Source of the DNA: Candidatus Latescibacterota bacterium
GTDB taxonomy: Bacteria > Latescibacterota > UBA2968 > UBA8231
DNA: 64,000 bases
Assembly: GCA_965208105.1 (NCBI GenBank)
Contig: OZ242318.1
Coordinates: forward strand, 3,424,001 to 3,488,000
Reading direction: 5' to 3'
Shown here: piece by piece, positions 19,678 through 28,566 of the stretch
Layout: each line of letters starts with the position of its first letter
Position numbering within the stretch: position 1 is the first letter of the stretch
Position numbers and translations under genes: made by a program
Notes under the pieces: model-generated
Database searches by the model: none
Told to the model about the DNA's origin: nothing
The model's input: the letters and a program-made list of their open reading frames with translations, nothing else

Positions 19678-20391
19678 GTGAAGCTGCTGCGGAAATGCGG
19701 CGCCGAGTTCATCGGCGCATTCGCCATTGTCTTCGCCGGCTGCGGCGCCGTCGCCATCGACCAGATCTCCGGGGGAACGGTAGGGCATGTGGGCGTGGCC
19801 TCCTCGTTCGGCCTGGTCATCATGGTGATGATCTACGCCACCGGCCACATCTCGGGGGCGCATTTCAACCCGGCGGTAACCATTGCCTTCGCGGTGACGC
19901 GCCATTTCCCGCGGCGCGAGATCGCACCCTATATCCTGGCCCAGTGTGCCGGGGCGGTGACCGCCAGCTTCGTGCACGTGGCCAGTCTGTCGTCCGTACT
20001 GGCGTCTGAACGGCCGGGACAGGTATTGAACCTCGGGGTCACCCAGCCGGCAGACGGCCTGTTCGCCACCGCCCTGGTGTGGGAGTTCATGCTGACCTTC
20101 CTTCTGATGCTGGTGATTACGAGCATGGCCACCGACTTCCGCGCCGTGGGGCCGGCGGCCGGCCTGGCCATCGGCGGCACCGTGGGGCTGGAGGCCATGT
20201 TCGCCGGGCCGTTGTGCGGCGCTTCCATGAATCCTGCCCGCAGTCTGGGGCCGGCCCTCGCCGCCGGCGAATGGACGTCCTTCGGTGCCTACGTCCTCGG
20301 CCCGGTGCTGGGAGCGATTGCCGGCGCCCTGTTCTACGAGTTCATCCGCAGCCAGGAGCCCACAGGCCGGGAAGTGAAGAGCTGCTGCTGA
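19678..20391 (+). CDS. MIP family aquaporin (NIP-like) with C-terminal Cys-Cys
   Basis: AEFIG, GHISGAHFNPAVT, GASMNPARS; ends EVKSCC. Confidence 0.92.
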   Translation: MKLLRKCGAEFIGAFAIVFAGCGAVAIDQISGGTVGHVGVASSFGLVIMVMIYATGHISGAHFNPAVTIAFAVTRHFPRREIAPYILAQCAGAVTASFVHVASLSSVLASERPGQVLNLGVTQPADGLFATALVWEFMLTFLLMLVITSMATDFRAVGPAAGLAIGGTVGLEAMFAGPLCGASMNPARSLGPALAAGEWTSFGAYVLGPVLGAIAGALFYEFIRSQEPTGREVKSCC

Positions 20392-20485
20392 GGTTTGCGG
20401 GTGCCGCGGGGTTTCTCCGGCGGCAACCCGGCCTCGGGTCCCACTGGCGGCTATCGGCAAATCACCGAAAATCCACAGCATGCCA

Positions 20486-20517
20486 CCGGCCCCCGCGGGA
20501 AGGTCCGCGGGGGCCGG
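20486..20517. terminator. GC hairpin between the convergent aquaporin and tRNA genes
   Basis: CCGGCCCCCGCGG / CCGCGGGGGCCGG 13-bp stem; no clear U tract. Confidence 0.5.
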
Positions 20518-20556
20518 AGTCTAGCGGCTAACCACCTCGGCAGGCGGCTGCTGTGT

Positions 20557-20634
20557 TGGTGGGCGATGCCGGGCTCGAACCAGCGACCCCCTGCTTGTAA
20601 GGCAGGTGCTCTGACCAGACTGAGCTAATCGCCC
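20557..20634 (-). tRNA. tRNA-Val(TAC)
   Basis: GGGCGATTAGCTCAG...CCTGC-CTTACAA-GCAGG...GGTTCGAGCCC...ATCGCCCACCA with encoded CCA; upstream TTGATA-17-TAATTT. Confidence 0.96.
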
Positions 20635-20860
20635 AAAGAGGACTACTTCATTATTCGCACCCCGGCGAATCCGGCGCTGTGAAATTAGCCAGTAATCCGC
20701 CGATTATCAAGCCAGGTTGGGGCCATGGTTCTCTCCTGCGAGATCCACCTGAGGCGCGGGCAGCGCAGCGTTTTTTCTTCCTTCGGGCTTTTCGACGGCT
20801 CCGGCCGGCCGCGACACCTGAACCGAGAGTGTCACGGGGAGATAAAAACTTTTTGCCGCC

Positions 20861-21844
20861 TCAGCCCGAGACGGTCCTGATCAGGGCCTGCAGGTAGCCC
20901 ACGCTGTAGCAGTGGCTGTGGGGTCCCTCGCCGACGCCGCCGTCGCCCTCGAGTATGGGGCCGTGGGCAGGGAGCATGTAGCCCTTGAAATCGAGTTCCT
21001 TGAGGATGCGCATGACCTCGAGGAAGTCGCACTGGCCGTCTTCGAAGAAGCACTCGGTGAATCTTTCGGGCGTGCCGCGGACGGCCTGGAAGTGGATGTA
21101 GCATATCCGCCCGCGCTCGCCGAAATAGCGCAGGCCCTTTTCGAGTACTCCCGGCCCCATCAGGGCCCAGTTTCCCAGGCAGAATGTCAGCCCCCAGTTG
21201 GGACTGTCGGCGATCTCCATCGCCCGCCTGAAGGACTCGAAGCTCCGGAAGAGGCGGGGGATCCCCCCGAAGTGCGGTATGGGCGGGTCGTCCGGATGCA
21301 GGGAAAGGGTCACCCCGGCCTCCTCCGCCACCGGAATTATCGCCTTGATGAAGTACTCGTAGTTGCGCCACATTTCCTCTTCGCTGTACTCGCGGTCGCG
21401 AAATAAGGAGGCGTCGCGCACCAGGTCGAGATCGAAGGAGCGCACCAGGGCGCCCCCCCGGGTCCGCGTGGTGAGGGAGGTGCTGAAGACGGGGTTGGAG
21501 CCTGCGGCCTTCGGGGCAACCATCCAGTGATACCCGAAGTAGGGAATTCCGGCGCGGCCCAGATTGCGGATGGATGCGGCGATGGCGTCGATCTGCTGGT
21601 CGCGCCCGGGCAGGCCCAGGATGATGGGATCGTAGAAGCGCGTCCGGAAGCCGAGGTTCTCGGCCGCTACGAATTCGAGTCCGGCGTCCTCGCAGCGGCT
21701 GCGCAGGGCGACCAGATCGAGCAGGTTTATCGCCGATTCCCCCTCGCCGGGAGCGAGGGACCAGTATACCACCCCGGTTGCGCCGAGTTGCCTGACCAGT
21801 CTGAAGTGCTCCCGCTCCCTTACGTTCCAAAGGGCGATTCGCAT
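20861..21844 (-). CDS. uxuA: Mannonate dehydratase (UxuA family)
   Basis: IILGLPGRD, IRNLGRAGI, IPVAEEAGV.LSLHPDDPP, LTFC.G, FTECF. Confidence 0.85.
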   Translation of the reverse strand: MRIALWNVREREHFRLVRQLGATGVVYWSLAPGEGESAINLLDLVALRSRCEDAGLEFVAAENLGFRTRFYDPIILGLPGRDQQIDAIAASIRNLGRAGIPYFGYHWMVAPKAAGSNPVFSTSLTTRTRGGALVRSFDLDLVRDASLFRDREYSEEEMWRNYEYFIKAIIPVAEEAGVTLSLHPDDPPIPHFGGIPRLFRSFESFRRAMEIADSPNWGLTFCLGNWALMGPGVLEKGLRYFGERGRICYIHFQAVRGTPERFTECFFEDGQCDFLEVMRILKELDFKGYMLPAHGPILEGDGGVGEGPHSHCYSVGYLQALIRTVSG

Positions 21845-21876
21845 GAATGGGATTTCCTGAGGTTGAAACGGGTGCT

Positions 21877-22809
21877 TCAGCTCCGCACCCGGTCGATATG
21901 GGCCCGTACTCCCTCTTCCATCGAACGCAGGTCGAGGTTAAGCTCGTCGCGAATCCTGCTGTCGTCCATCCGGTATATGAAGGGCGACCGGGGCCGGTCC
22001 GCGCTGAAGGAAATGCGGGCATCGGGAACGATGCGTGACACGATTGCGGCCAGTTCGGAGGCCTGCACCGTGTGTCCGCCAGCGTTGTAGATGCGGTGAG
22101 CAAGGCTCGCCTTGGTGCAGAGGCGATAGATCTGCTCGGCCAGGTCTTCGACGTAGATGTAGCAATTGAAATCTTCCTCGGGAAAGGGCAAGGTCACGGG
22201 TTGCCCCCGGGCAGGCGAGGAAGCGAAATCGCTCGCCCAGACCGTAGTCCCGCGCTTGCGCCCGTGCCCGTAGACGATCGGAGCCCGGTGGGAGATGAAT
22301 ACCGTGCCGTGGCGCGCCTCGTATTTTGCGGCGAGGTGTTCGTTCAGGAGCTTGGTCAGGGAGTAGTTGAGCACGTGGTCCCGAGGCGGGCAGAAATCCT
22401 CCTCGGCCAGGGGACGGTCGCCGTAGTAGTCCTGGGTTTTTCCATATACCGACTCGGAACTTTGAAACAGGACGCGCTCGACCCCGATGGCGCCGGCCTG
22501 GGAGAAGACATGGGCGGTTCCCAGCCCGTTCACCCGCATGGCCTTCACGGGGTCCTCTTCCGCCTCGGCGCCCATGACGTAGGCAAGGTGTACGACCCGG
22601 TCGATGGGGGAATGGTCATGGAACAGGGATGCGACCTGCTCCTCGTCGCTCACGTCGCAGCGCGCCACGGTGACCTCGGGCGGGAAATTTGCGACGACCT
22701 CCTCGTCCGGTTCGAGATCGGCGCAGAGTACGCTCTGGCCGTGCTCCAGAAGGTTGCGAACGACGTACGAGCCGATGAAGCCGGTTCCACCGGTAATCAG
22801 GAAGTTCAC
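21877..22809 (-). CDS. Extended SDR / NAD-dependent epimerase-dehydratase
   Basis: ITGGTGFIG, HLA, SSESVYG, YSLTK. GTG start at 22809. Confidence 0.85.
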   Translation of the reverse strand: MNFLITGGTGFIGSYVVRNLLEHGQSVLCADLEPDEEVVANFPPEVTVARCDVSDEEQVASLFHDHSPIDRVVHLAYVMGAEAEEDPVKAMRVNGLGTAHVFSQAGAIGVERVLFQSSESVYGKTQDYYGDRPLAEEDFCPPRDHVLNYSLTKLLNEHLAAKYEARHGTVFISHRAPIVYGHGRKRGTTVWASDFASSPARGQPVTLPFPEEDFNCYIYVEDLAEQIYRLCTKASLAHRIYNAGGHTVQASELAAIVSRIVPDARISFSADRPRSPFIYRMDDSRIRDELNLDLRSMEEGVRAHIDRVRS

Positions 22810-22967
22810 TGAAGACCTGTCTTTTTTTGGTTGCGGCGAGAAGGCACCGCCGGGAGGATGGAAAAATTCAATAAACCGATGCTCAGACAGCAAGTCAAGG
22901 GGCCATGACCGCTGCGAAAGAGATATTGGACCCGTTCCGTGAAGGGTCGGGAATGGGCTTCGGCAGT

Positions 22968-23002
22968 AAAAAAACCGGGCGCACCCGCAGGCGCGCCCGG
23001 TT
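22968..23002 (-). terminator. Rho-independent terminator
   Basis: Minus strand CCGGGCGCGCC-TGCG-GGTGCGCCCGG followed by T7; the G-U pair works only on the minus strand. Confidence 0.8.
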
Positions 23003-23070
23003 AGCAATCAGGACGGCGGCCCGTAAAGGCCGGACGTCCCACCCCAGGTGGCGATCACCTGGATGTTGCT

Positions 23071-23109
23071 TCAGGTGATCCACCTCCCTGTGGTTGATTG
23101 ACTACTCAA
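23071..23109 (-). CDS. Candidate 12-aa micropeptide MSSQSTTGRWIT
   Basis: TTG start 7 nt after AGGAGG; TGA stop lies inside a hairpin. Confidence 0.35.
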   Translation of the reverse strand: MSSQSTTGRWIT

Positions 23110-23225
23110 TGGACCACCTCCTTTCTGTTGGGCAGGGGACGCGTGTTCAATCCGCTGCGCGTTGCGGTTGATTTACCTGCGGCCGTGGCCGCAGGGCGGT
23201 ACCATGTACCCGAAAATTTTAATGG

Positions 23226-23255
23226 AATATAGGTATTTCCCGGACCGGAATGCAA
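23226..23255 (-). promoter_or_regulatory. sigma70-type promoter of the small transcript
   Basis: TTGCAT-18 nt-TATATT on the minus strand. Confidence 0.5.
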
Positions 23256-23417
23256 TGGGTTTTTCATCTCCGGCCGCGAGAACTTCCTGTCGAATTTGAT
23301 CTCGAGGAGATTGACCCGAAATCGAGGCAGTGCAAACTTGATGGGTCCGGTCCCGGGATTTACCTTCACACCGATTCTGTTGCGGGAATCGTCACCAGGC
23401 ACTGAAAGGACCAGATC

Positions 23418-24779
23418 ATGTCCACTCCGGAGCGTCTTCTGGACGACGCGGGCATGCGCGACTTCATCGTCAAGGGCTATCACAGCTTCAAGCTCGACCT
23501 TCCCCCCGATTACCATGCATTCATCCACCGCCGCACGGAGGAGGTGTTCGCCGCGCAGGGGAATCCGGGAAACAACCTTCTTCCCCTGATCCCGGAACTC
23601 CAGCAGGTCCTCGATCATCCCCGGGTGCACGGAACCCTGGCCAGCATTCTGGGCCCGGAATACTCTACCCACCCGCACCGTCACTGCCATCTGAATTCTC
23701 CCGGAAGCGAGGGCCAGGTCCTCCACAAGGATGCCCGCTCCACCTGCCATCACCGCACCCGCGACGCCATGGTGATGTACTATCCCCAGGACGTCACCGC
23801 GGATATGGGGCCTACCAGCATCGTTTCGGAGAGCCAGTACCATCAGACCAGCCTCGATGGTCCGCTGGGACCCGAACGGCCCATGTGCGGAGAGGCCGGC
23901 ACGGTGACCATCCTCCACTATGATCTCTGGCACCGGGCCATGCCCAACCACAGCTCGAAGAAGCGGTTCATGATGAAATTCCTCTTCACCCGTCTCGAGG
24001 AGCCGAGTGCCCCGAGTTGGGACTCGGCAGCGGCAGAATGGCCCACCGGGGAAGATGGGCGCCAGGCCATGTGGGAGAGTATGTGGCGTTGGTACAGGGG
24101 AGGGCGGGACTGCCGCCCAATGGAGGCCGTGCCGCAGGAGGACATGCCGGTTCAGATGGGGTTGCTCCGGGACGAATCCGAAGCGGTGCGGCTGCAGGCC
24201 GCCTATGCCCTGGGCACCCTGGGCACTCCTGCAGTGCCGGGTTTGATCGCAGCCTTGCGGGCCGAGTCCGCAGAGCTGCGCCTGAGCGCCAGTCACGCCC
24301 TGTGTGCCATGGGGGAACCCGCGGTGGCTGACCTCATGGAAGCCTCGTCGGATTCCAGGGAAGAGGTCCGGGTGCAGGCGATCGACACCCTGGGCAACAT
24401 GGGCAGGACGGCGCGGGAAAGCGTCCATGTCCTTGCCCGGGCGTTGAACGATCCCTCGGTGGAGGTGCGCCGCCGGGCAGCCGGCGCCCTGGGAACGATG
24501 AACGGAGCGGCTGCTGCTGCGGTGTTGCCGGCGTTGATCGGCGCTCTGGCAGACGAGGACAGCGGGGTGCGCGGCAGCACTTCCCTGACCCTGGCGCGCA
24601 TGGGGCCGGCGGCGGGAGATGCACTCCCCGCGCTGAAAGCTGCGCTGAACGACCAGGATTGGTACGTGCGCGGCAATGCGGCCGAGACCCTGGCGCGCCT
24701 GGGAACGGCCGAAGCGCGCGAGGTTCTCCTCAAGTTCCTGCGCACCTCCAGGTGGTGCCCCCTGGACGCCCGAGGCTGA
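23418..24779 (+). CDS. PhyH-family 2OG-Fe(II) dioxygenase fused to HEAT repeats
   Basis: LHKD and LWHR iron ligands, GPT...SQ; C-terminal repeats VR..AA.ALG..G...AVP.L..AL.D. Confidence 0.85.
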   Translation: MSTPERLLDDAGMRDFIVKGYHSFKLDLPPDYHAFIHRRTEEVFAAQGNPGNNLLPLIPELQQVLDHPRVHGTLASILGPEYSTHPHRHCHLNSPGSEGQVLHKDARSTCHHRTRDAMVMYYPQDVTADMGPTSIVSESQYHQTSLDGPLGPERPMCGEAGTVTILHYDLWHRAMPNHSSKKRFMMKFLFTRLEEPSAPSWDSAAAEWPTGEDGRQAMWESMWRWYRGGRDCRPMEAVPQEDMPVQMGLLRDESEAVRLQAAYALGTLGTPAVPGLIAALRAESAELRLSASHALCAMGEPAVADLMEASSDSREEVRVQAIDTLGNMGRTARESVHVLARALNDPSVEVRRRAAGALGTMNGAAAAAVLPALIGALADEDSGVRGSTSLTLARMGPAAGDALPALKAALNDQDWYVRGNAAETLARLGTAEAREVLLKFLRTSRWCPLDARG

Positions 24780-24902
24780 TCCGGATTACCCCGGGTTTTC
24801 GTCCCGCTGCCTCATGGTTCGCCGGTCGGCCTGTGGTTATATTATCCGATTCGCCGCTTCATCCACAGTATGTCTCCCCTGCCTTGAAAGATTCCCTCAT
24901 CC

Positions 24903-26116
24903 ATGCCGAACAATGAAAACCTTCTGCTCGTCGGTGGAGGCATCGTAGGCCTGGCGACCGCCTACAAGATGCTCCTGGCATACCCCGGTGTCGGGGTCTG
25001 TGTCCTGGAAAAGGAAGAGGGGGTGGGAATGCACCAGAGCAGCCACAACAGCGGGGTCCTTCACGCCGGGCTCTACTACAAACCCGGCTCCCTCAAGGCG
25101 CACCTGGCTGTGGCGGGCATAAAGGAAATGGTGCGGTTCTGCGCCCGGTTCGACATCGACCACGAAGTCTGCGGAAAACTCGTGGTCGCCACCAGTGGGC
25201 AGGAGAAAGGGCGCCTGGGGGAATTGCTCGAAAGGGGACGCCGGAACGGCCTGAAGGGCCTGCGGCTGCTGGGGCGCTCCGAGATGCTGGAGATCGAACC
25301 CCACGTCGGCGGCCTCGCCGCCTTGCATGTCCCCGAAGAGGGAATCGTAGATTATCCGGCCGTCTGCAAAACCCTGGCGGCACAGATCGAAAAGCTCGGA
25401 GGGCGCATAGTAACAGGGGCTCGCGTCATCGGGCTCCACGGAGAAGACTCCGAATGGACCGCCGCTACCACGGCCGGCGACTTCAGAGGCGGCTACCTCG
25501 TGAACTGCGCCGGCCTGTATTCGGACCGGGTCAGCCAGCTGGCGGGAGAGCGTCGCGATGTCCGCATTGTTCCCTTCCGTGGGGAATACTTCGAACTCAA
25601 GGCCGAGCGCCGGTATCTGGTGAAGAACCTGATCTATCCGGTGAACGACCCCAAGTATCCATTTCTGGGGGTGCACTGCACCCGTTTGATTCAGGGCGGC
25701 ATCGAAGTGGGTCCCAACGCGGTCCTTGCGTTTGCGCGGGAGGGATATTCGAAGGTGGACGTGAACGTCGCCGAACTGCTCGATGCTCTCACCTTTTCCG
25801 GATTCTGGAAGTTCATCCTCGCCCATCCAGGGATGTGTGCACGCGAGCTGGGCCTTTCCCTCAGCAAGAAGCGATTTTGCCGGGCGCTGCGGAAACTCGT
25901 TCCCGAACTTCAGCCTGAAGATCTCGAAGCGGGTCACTCCGGCGTTCGCGCCCAGGCCATGTCACCTGCCGGCCAGCTTCTGCAGGACTTCTCCATATGC
26001 GAGCGCTCCCGCGCCCTGCATCTGTTGAACGCCCCTTCCCCGCGGCCACGGCCGCCCTGGCCATCGGTCAGGAGGTGGCGGCGAGGGCGGGACGGCTCTT
26101 TCAGCTGAGGTCGTGA
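24903..26116 (+). CDS. lhgO: L-2-hydroxyglutarate oxidase (apparent 1-nt deletion near 3' end)
   Basis: VGGGIVG, HQSSHNSGVLHAGLYYKPGSLKA, PFRGEY, PFLGVH, GVRAQA, NAPSP. The conserved AATAALAIG continues in another frame to TGA 26114-26116. Confidence 0.88.
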
Positions 26117-27024
26117 TTGGAAGCTGCCCCGGGGTCGAGCAGATGGCGCAGTGCAGGCTCGAGATGGGCATGGCGGAATTCGAAGCCTGCATCGAGCAGG
26201 CGCGACGGCTGCACCCGCGCGCTGGCCAGCGCCACGGAGGCCATCTCGCCCAGAGCCAGACGGACCACCGCCCCGGGCAGCGGCAGCACGGTCGGGCGTC
26301 CCAGCACCCTTCCCAGGGTCCGGGTGAATTCCGCATTGGTCACGGGATGGGGCGACACCAGGTTGACCGCTCCCTCCAGGCTCCGGGCGACCAGGGCGTG
26401 GAGCAGGGCCCGAACCGCATCATCCAGGGCAATCCAGCTGATGAACTGCCTTCCGCTTCCGAGCCTGCCGCCAAGGCCCAACTTGAACGGCAGCAGCATC
26501 TTGGCAAGCGGACCCCCCTCCGGACCGAGGACCATGCCCGTGCGCACCTGCACCACGCGAATTCCCTTCTCCGCCGCCGCCCGCGAAGCTTCTTCCCACT
26601 GTCGGCAGAGCTGCGCCAAAAACCCAGTGCCAGGTTCGCTCGTCTCCCGCAGGACTTCGTCGCCGCGGTCCCCGTAGTATCCTATCGCAGAGGCGCAGAC
26701 CAGCACCCGGGGTGGATGGGACAGCCGTCCAAGGGCCGAACAGAGAACCTCGGTTCCCTTTACCCGGCTGTCCCGGATGCGTTCCTTCTGCCTGGCGGTC
26801 CAGCGGCGGGCGACCAGATTCTCCCCCGCAAGATGCACCACGGCATCGAGGTCCCCCAAACCGGATGGATCGATCTTCCCACCCTGGGGGTTCCAGCGGA
26901 CCTCTGCGGTACCCGGACGCGGTTCGGAGCGCACCAGGCGGACGATGTCATGTCCCTGGCTGCCGAGCAGCCTGACCAGGGCCGAGCCGATAAACCCTCG
27001 AGACCCAGTAACGAGAACCTTCAT
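26101..27024 (-). CDS. TIGR01777 (YfcH-like) NAD-dependent epimerase family protein
   Basis: VTGSRGFIG, HLAGE, ASAIGYYG, GGRLGSGRQFISWI. Confidence 0.9.
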   Translation of the reverse strand: MKVLVTGSRGFIGSALVRLLGSQGHDIVRLVRSEPRPGTAEVRWNPQGGKIDPSGLGDLDAVVHLAGENLVARRWTARQKERIRDSRVKGTEVLCSALGRLSHPPRVLVCASAIGYYGDRGDEVLRETSEPGTGFLAQLCRQWEEASRAAAEKGIRVVQVRTGMVLGPEGGPLAKMLLPFKLGLGGRLGSGRQFISWIALDDAVRALLHALVARSLEGAVNLVSPHPVTNAEFTRTLGRVLGRPTVLPLPGAVVRLALGEMASVALASARVQPSRLLDAGFEFRHAHLEPALRHLLDPGAASNHDLS

Positions 27025-27203
27025 TGATCCGGAATGGGCTGTGAGCCGGAGATGCGGTTGTCTGCCCCTGGCCGGCATGGGCGGGCAACCGTGAGGGAGC
27101 ACAATAGACTAACCGCCCCTGCCGGCCAGGTCAAAACGACCTGTAGTCTGCGCCGTTGGATCAGGCGGAAATGCGATCCCTCCAGCTTTCCCCGGCGGGC
27201 GGC

Positions 27204-27251
27204 AACAAAATATTGCGGCGCACCCCTGAAGATGCGCCGCAATATTTTGTT
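27204..27251 (-). terminator. 19-bp hairpin terminator downstream of the cold-shock gene
   Basis: AACAAAATATTGCGGCGCA / TGCGCCGCAATATTTTGTT perfect inverted repeat. Confidence 0.75.
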
Positions 27252-27269
27252 CGGTCTCTGTGGCCTGAG

Positions 27270-27482
27270 TCAGCTCAGGGGAACCACGTCTTGAGCCTGA
27301 GGACCTTTTTCTCCTTGCACCACCTCGAATTCCACCTGCTGTCCCTCTTCCAGCGTTCGAAACCCCTCGGCGCGAATGGAACTGTAGTGAACGAAGACAT
27401 CGTCCGCACCTTCGCGCGCGATAAAGCCGAATCCCTTGGCATTGTCGAACCACTTGACCGTGCCGCTTTCGCGCTCTGCCAT
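27270..27482 (-). CDS. Cold-shock protein (CspA family)
   Basis: GTVKWFD..KGFGFI, DVFVHYS, GPQA; SD GGAGGTG; AT-rich promoter at about 27670-27705. Confidence 0.96.
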   Translation of the reverse strand: MAERESGTVKWFDNAKGFGFIAREGADDVFVHYSSIRAEGFRTLEEGQQVEFEVVQGEKGPQAQDVVPLS

Positions 27483-27795
27483 ATGCGAATCACCTCCTTC
27501 TAACTTGGATTAAGTTGGTACAGAGCGTTCCAGACCGGCCTCAGGTAGAACGACTACTTGAATCAGAACAGAACGACTGCCAACAAAACGAAACGTGTCC
27601 GGGCGGTGGCGAGAGCCCCCAGCGCTGGTTGTCCTGCACCGCCAATCGTTAATTTATACCAGAAACGTAAGATATATGTAATGATAAAAAAGCCAAAAGT
27701 CAAAGTTCTCTTGCATGGTCTCGGGCTTTTGCTTAGTGCTATTAGGACTGTCTTGCTGAAATAACTGAACTAACGTGCAGTAGAAAGGAAGAACA

Positions 27796-28557
27796 ATGGA
27801 CTGGAAAGAGGAGGCCGGGAGGCTCAAGCGGGAATTCGACCGCGATGGCTACGTCGTATTGCGCGGGTTTTTCAGCCCCGAAGAGGTAAGGGAAGCCAAC
27901 CACGAGGTTGAACGCTATATCGCCGAGGTTCTCCCCGGACAGCCGCAGGAGGCAGCATTTTACGAGGTAAAGAACGACCCCAGTACTATTATGCGGCTGC
28001 AGGGCATGGACGAGCACGCGGAATATTTCAGGAAGCTCAACTACGGCGAACGCTTCGTCGGGCTGGCCGAACTGCTGCTGGACGACGAAGTGGTGGTCAA
28101 GACGGTGCAGTGGTTTACCAAGCCTGCCCGGGTCGGCAAGGAAACTCCGCCGCACCAGGACGGGTTCTACTTCAAGCTGGAACCCAGCGAGGCCCTGACC
28201 CTGTGGCTGGCACTGGACGTCGTCAACGAGGAGAACGGCTGCGTGCGCTTTGTGCGCGGTTCCCACCGGCGCGGCATGCGGCCGCACCAGCTCTCCAATG
28301 TGCTGGGTTTTTCTCAGGGAATCGTGGACTACGGGGACGCCGACAACGCCGCCGAAGTGGCCATTCATGCAGACCCGGGAGATTTGAGCGTGCATCACTG
28401 CATGACCATCCACCGGGCCGATGCCAATCCCAGCGAGCGTCCGCGCCGCGCCCTCGGCTTCGTCTACTATGCCAAAAGGGCCGCCTCGGATCCCGAGCGC
28501 CGCGAAGCTTACCAGAAGGCCATTATGGAAAAGTGGTCCAATGAGGGAAAGATCTGA
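27796..28557 (+). CDS. PhyH-family dioxygenase
   Basis: F.RDGY, TPPHQD, WLALD...ENGC..FV.GSH, TIHRA..N.S..PRR. Confidence 0.9.
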   Translation: MDWKEEAGRLKREFDRDGYVVLRGFFSPEEVREANHEVERYIAEVLPGQPQEAAFYEVKNDPSTIMRLQGMDEHAEYFRKLNYGERFVGLAELLLDDEVVVKTVQWFTKPARVGKETPPHQDGFYFKLEPSEALTLWLALDVVNEENGCVRFVRGSHRRGMRPHQLSNVLGFSQGIVDYGDADNAAEVAIHADPGDLSVHHCMTIHRADANPSERPRRALGFVYYAKRAASDPERREAYQKAIMEKWSNEGKI

Positions 28558-28566
28558 GCCTGGACC

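Larger units (their letters stand above)
22968..23220 (-). ncRNA. Putative structured small RNA / micro-ORF mRNA with extended Shine-Dalgarno motifs
   Basis: Own promoter and terminator, several hairpins, AGAAAGGAGGTGGTCC and GGGAGGTGGATC motifs. Confidence 0.55.

Noticed and set aside
20389-20445. TGA after Cys-Cys followed by a hairpin, as a possible selenocysteine codon with SECIS
   Set aside because: Readthrough would run as non-protein-like sequence into the antisense of tRNA-Val, and a terminal CC is a plausible natural end.
16222-20557. Genomic island integrated at tRNA-Val
   Set aside because: No integrase, no duplicated tRNA 3' end and no obvious composition shift.
23111-23126. Fragment of a 16S rRNA gene
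   Set aside because: Flanks lack the helix 45 sequence (GTAACC...GGCTG) and any rRNA operon context.
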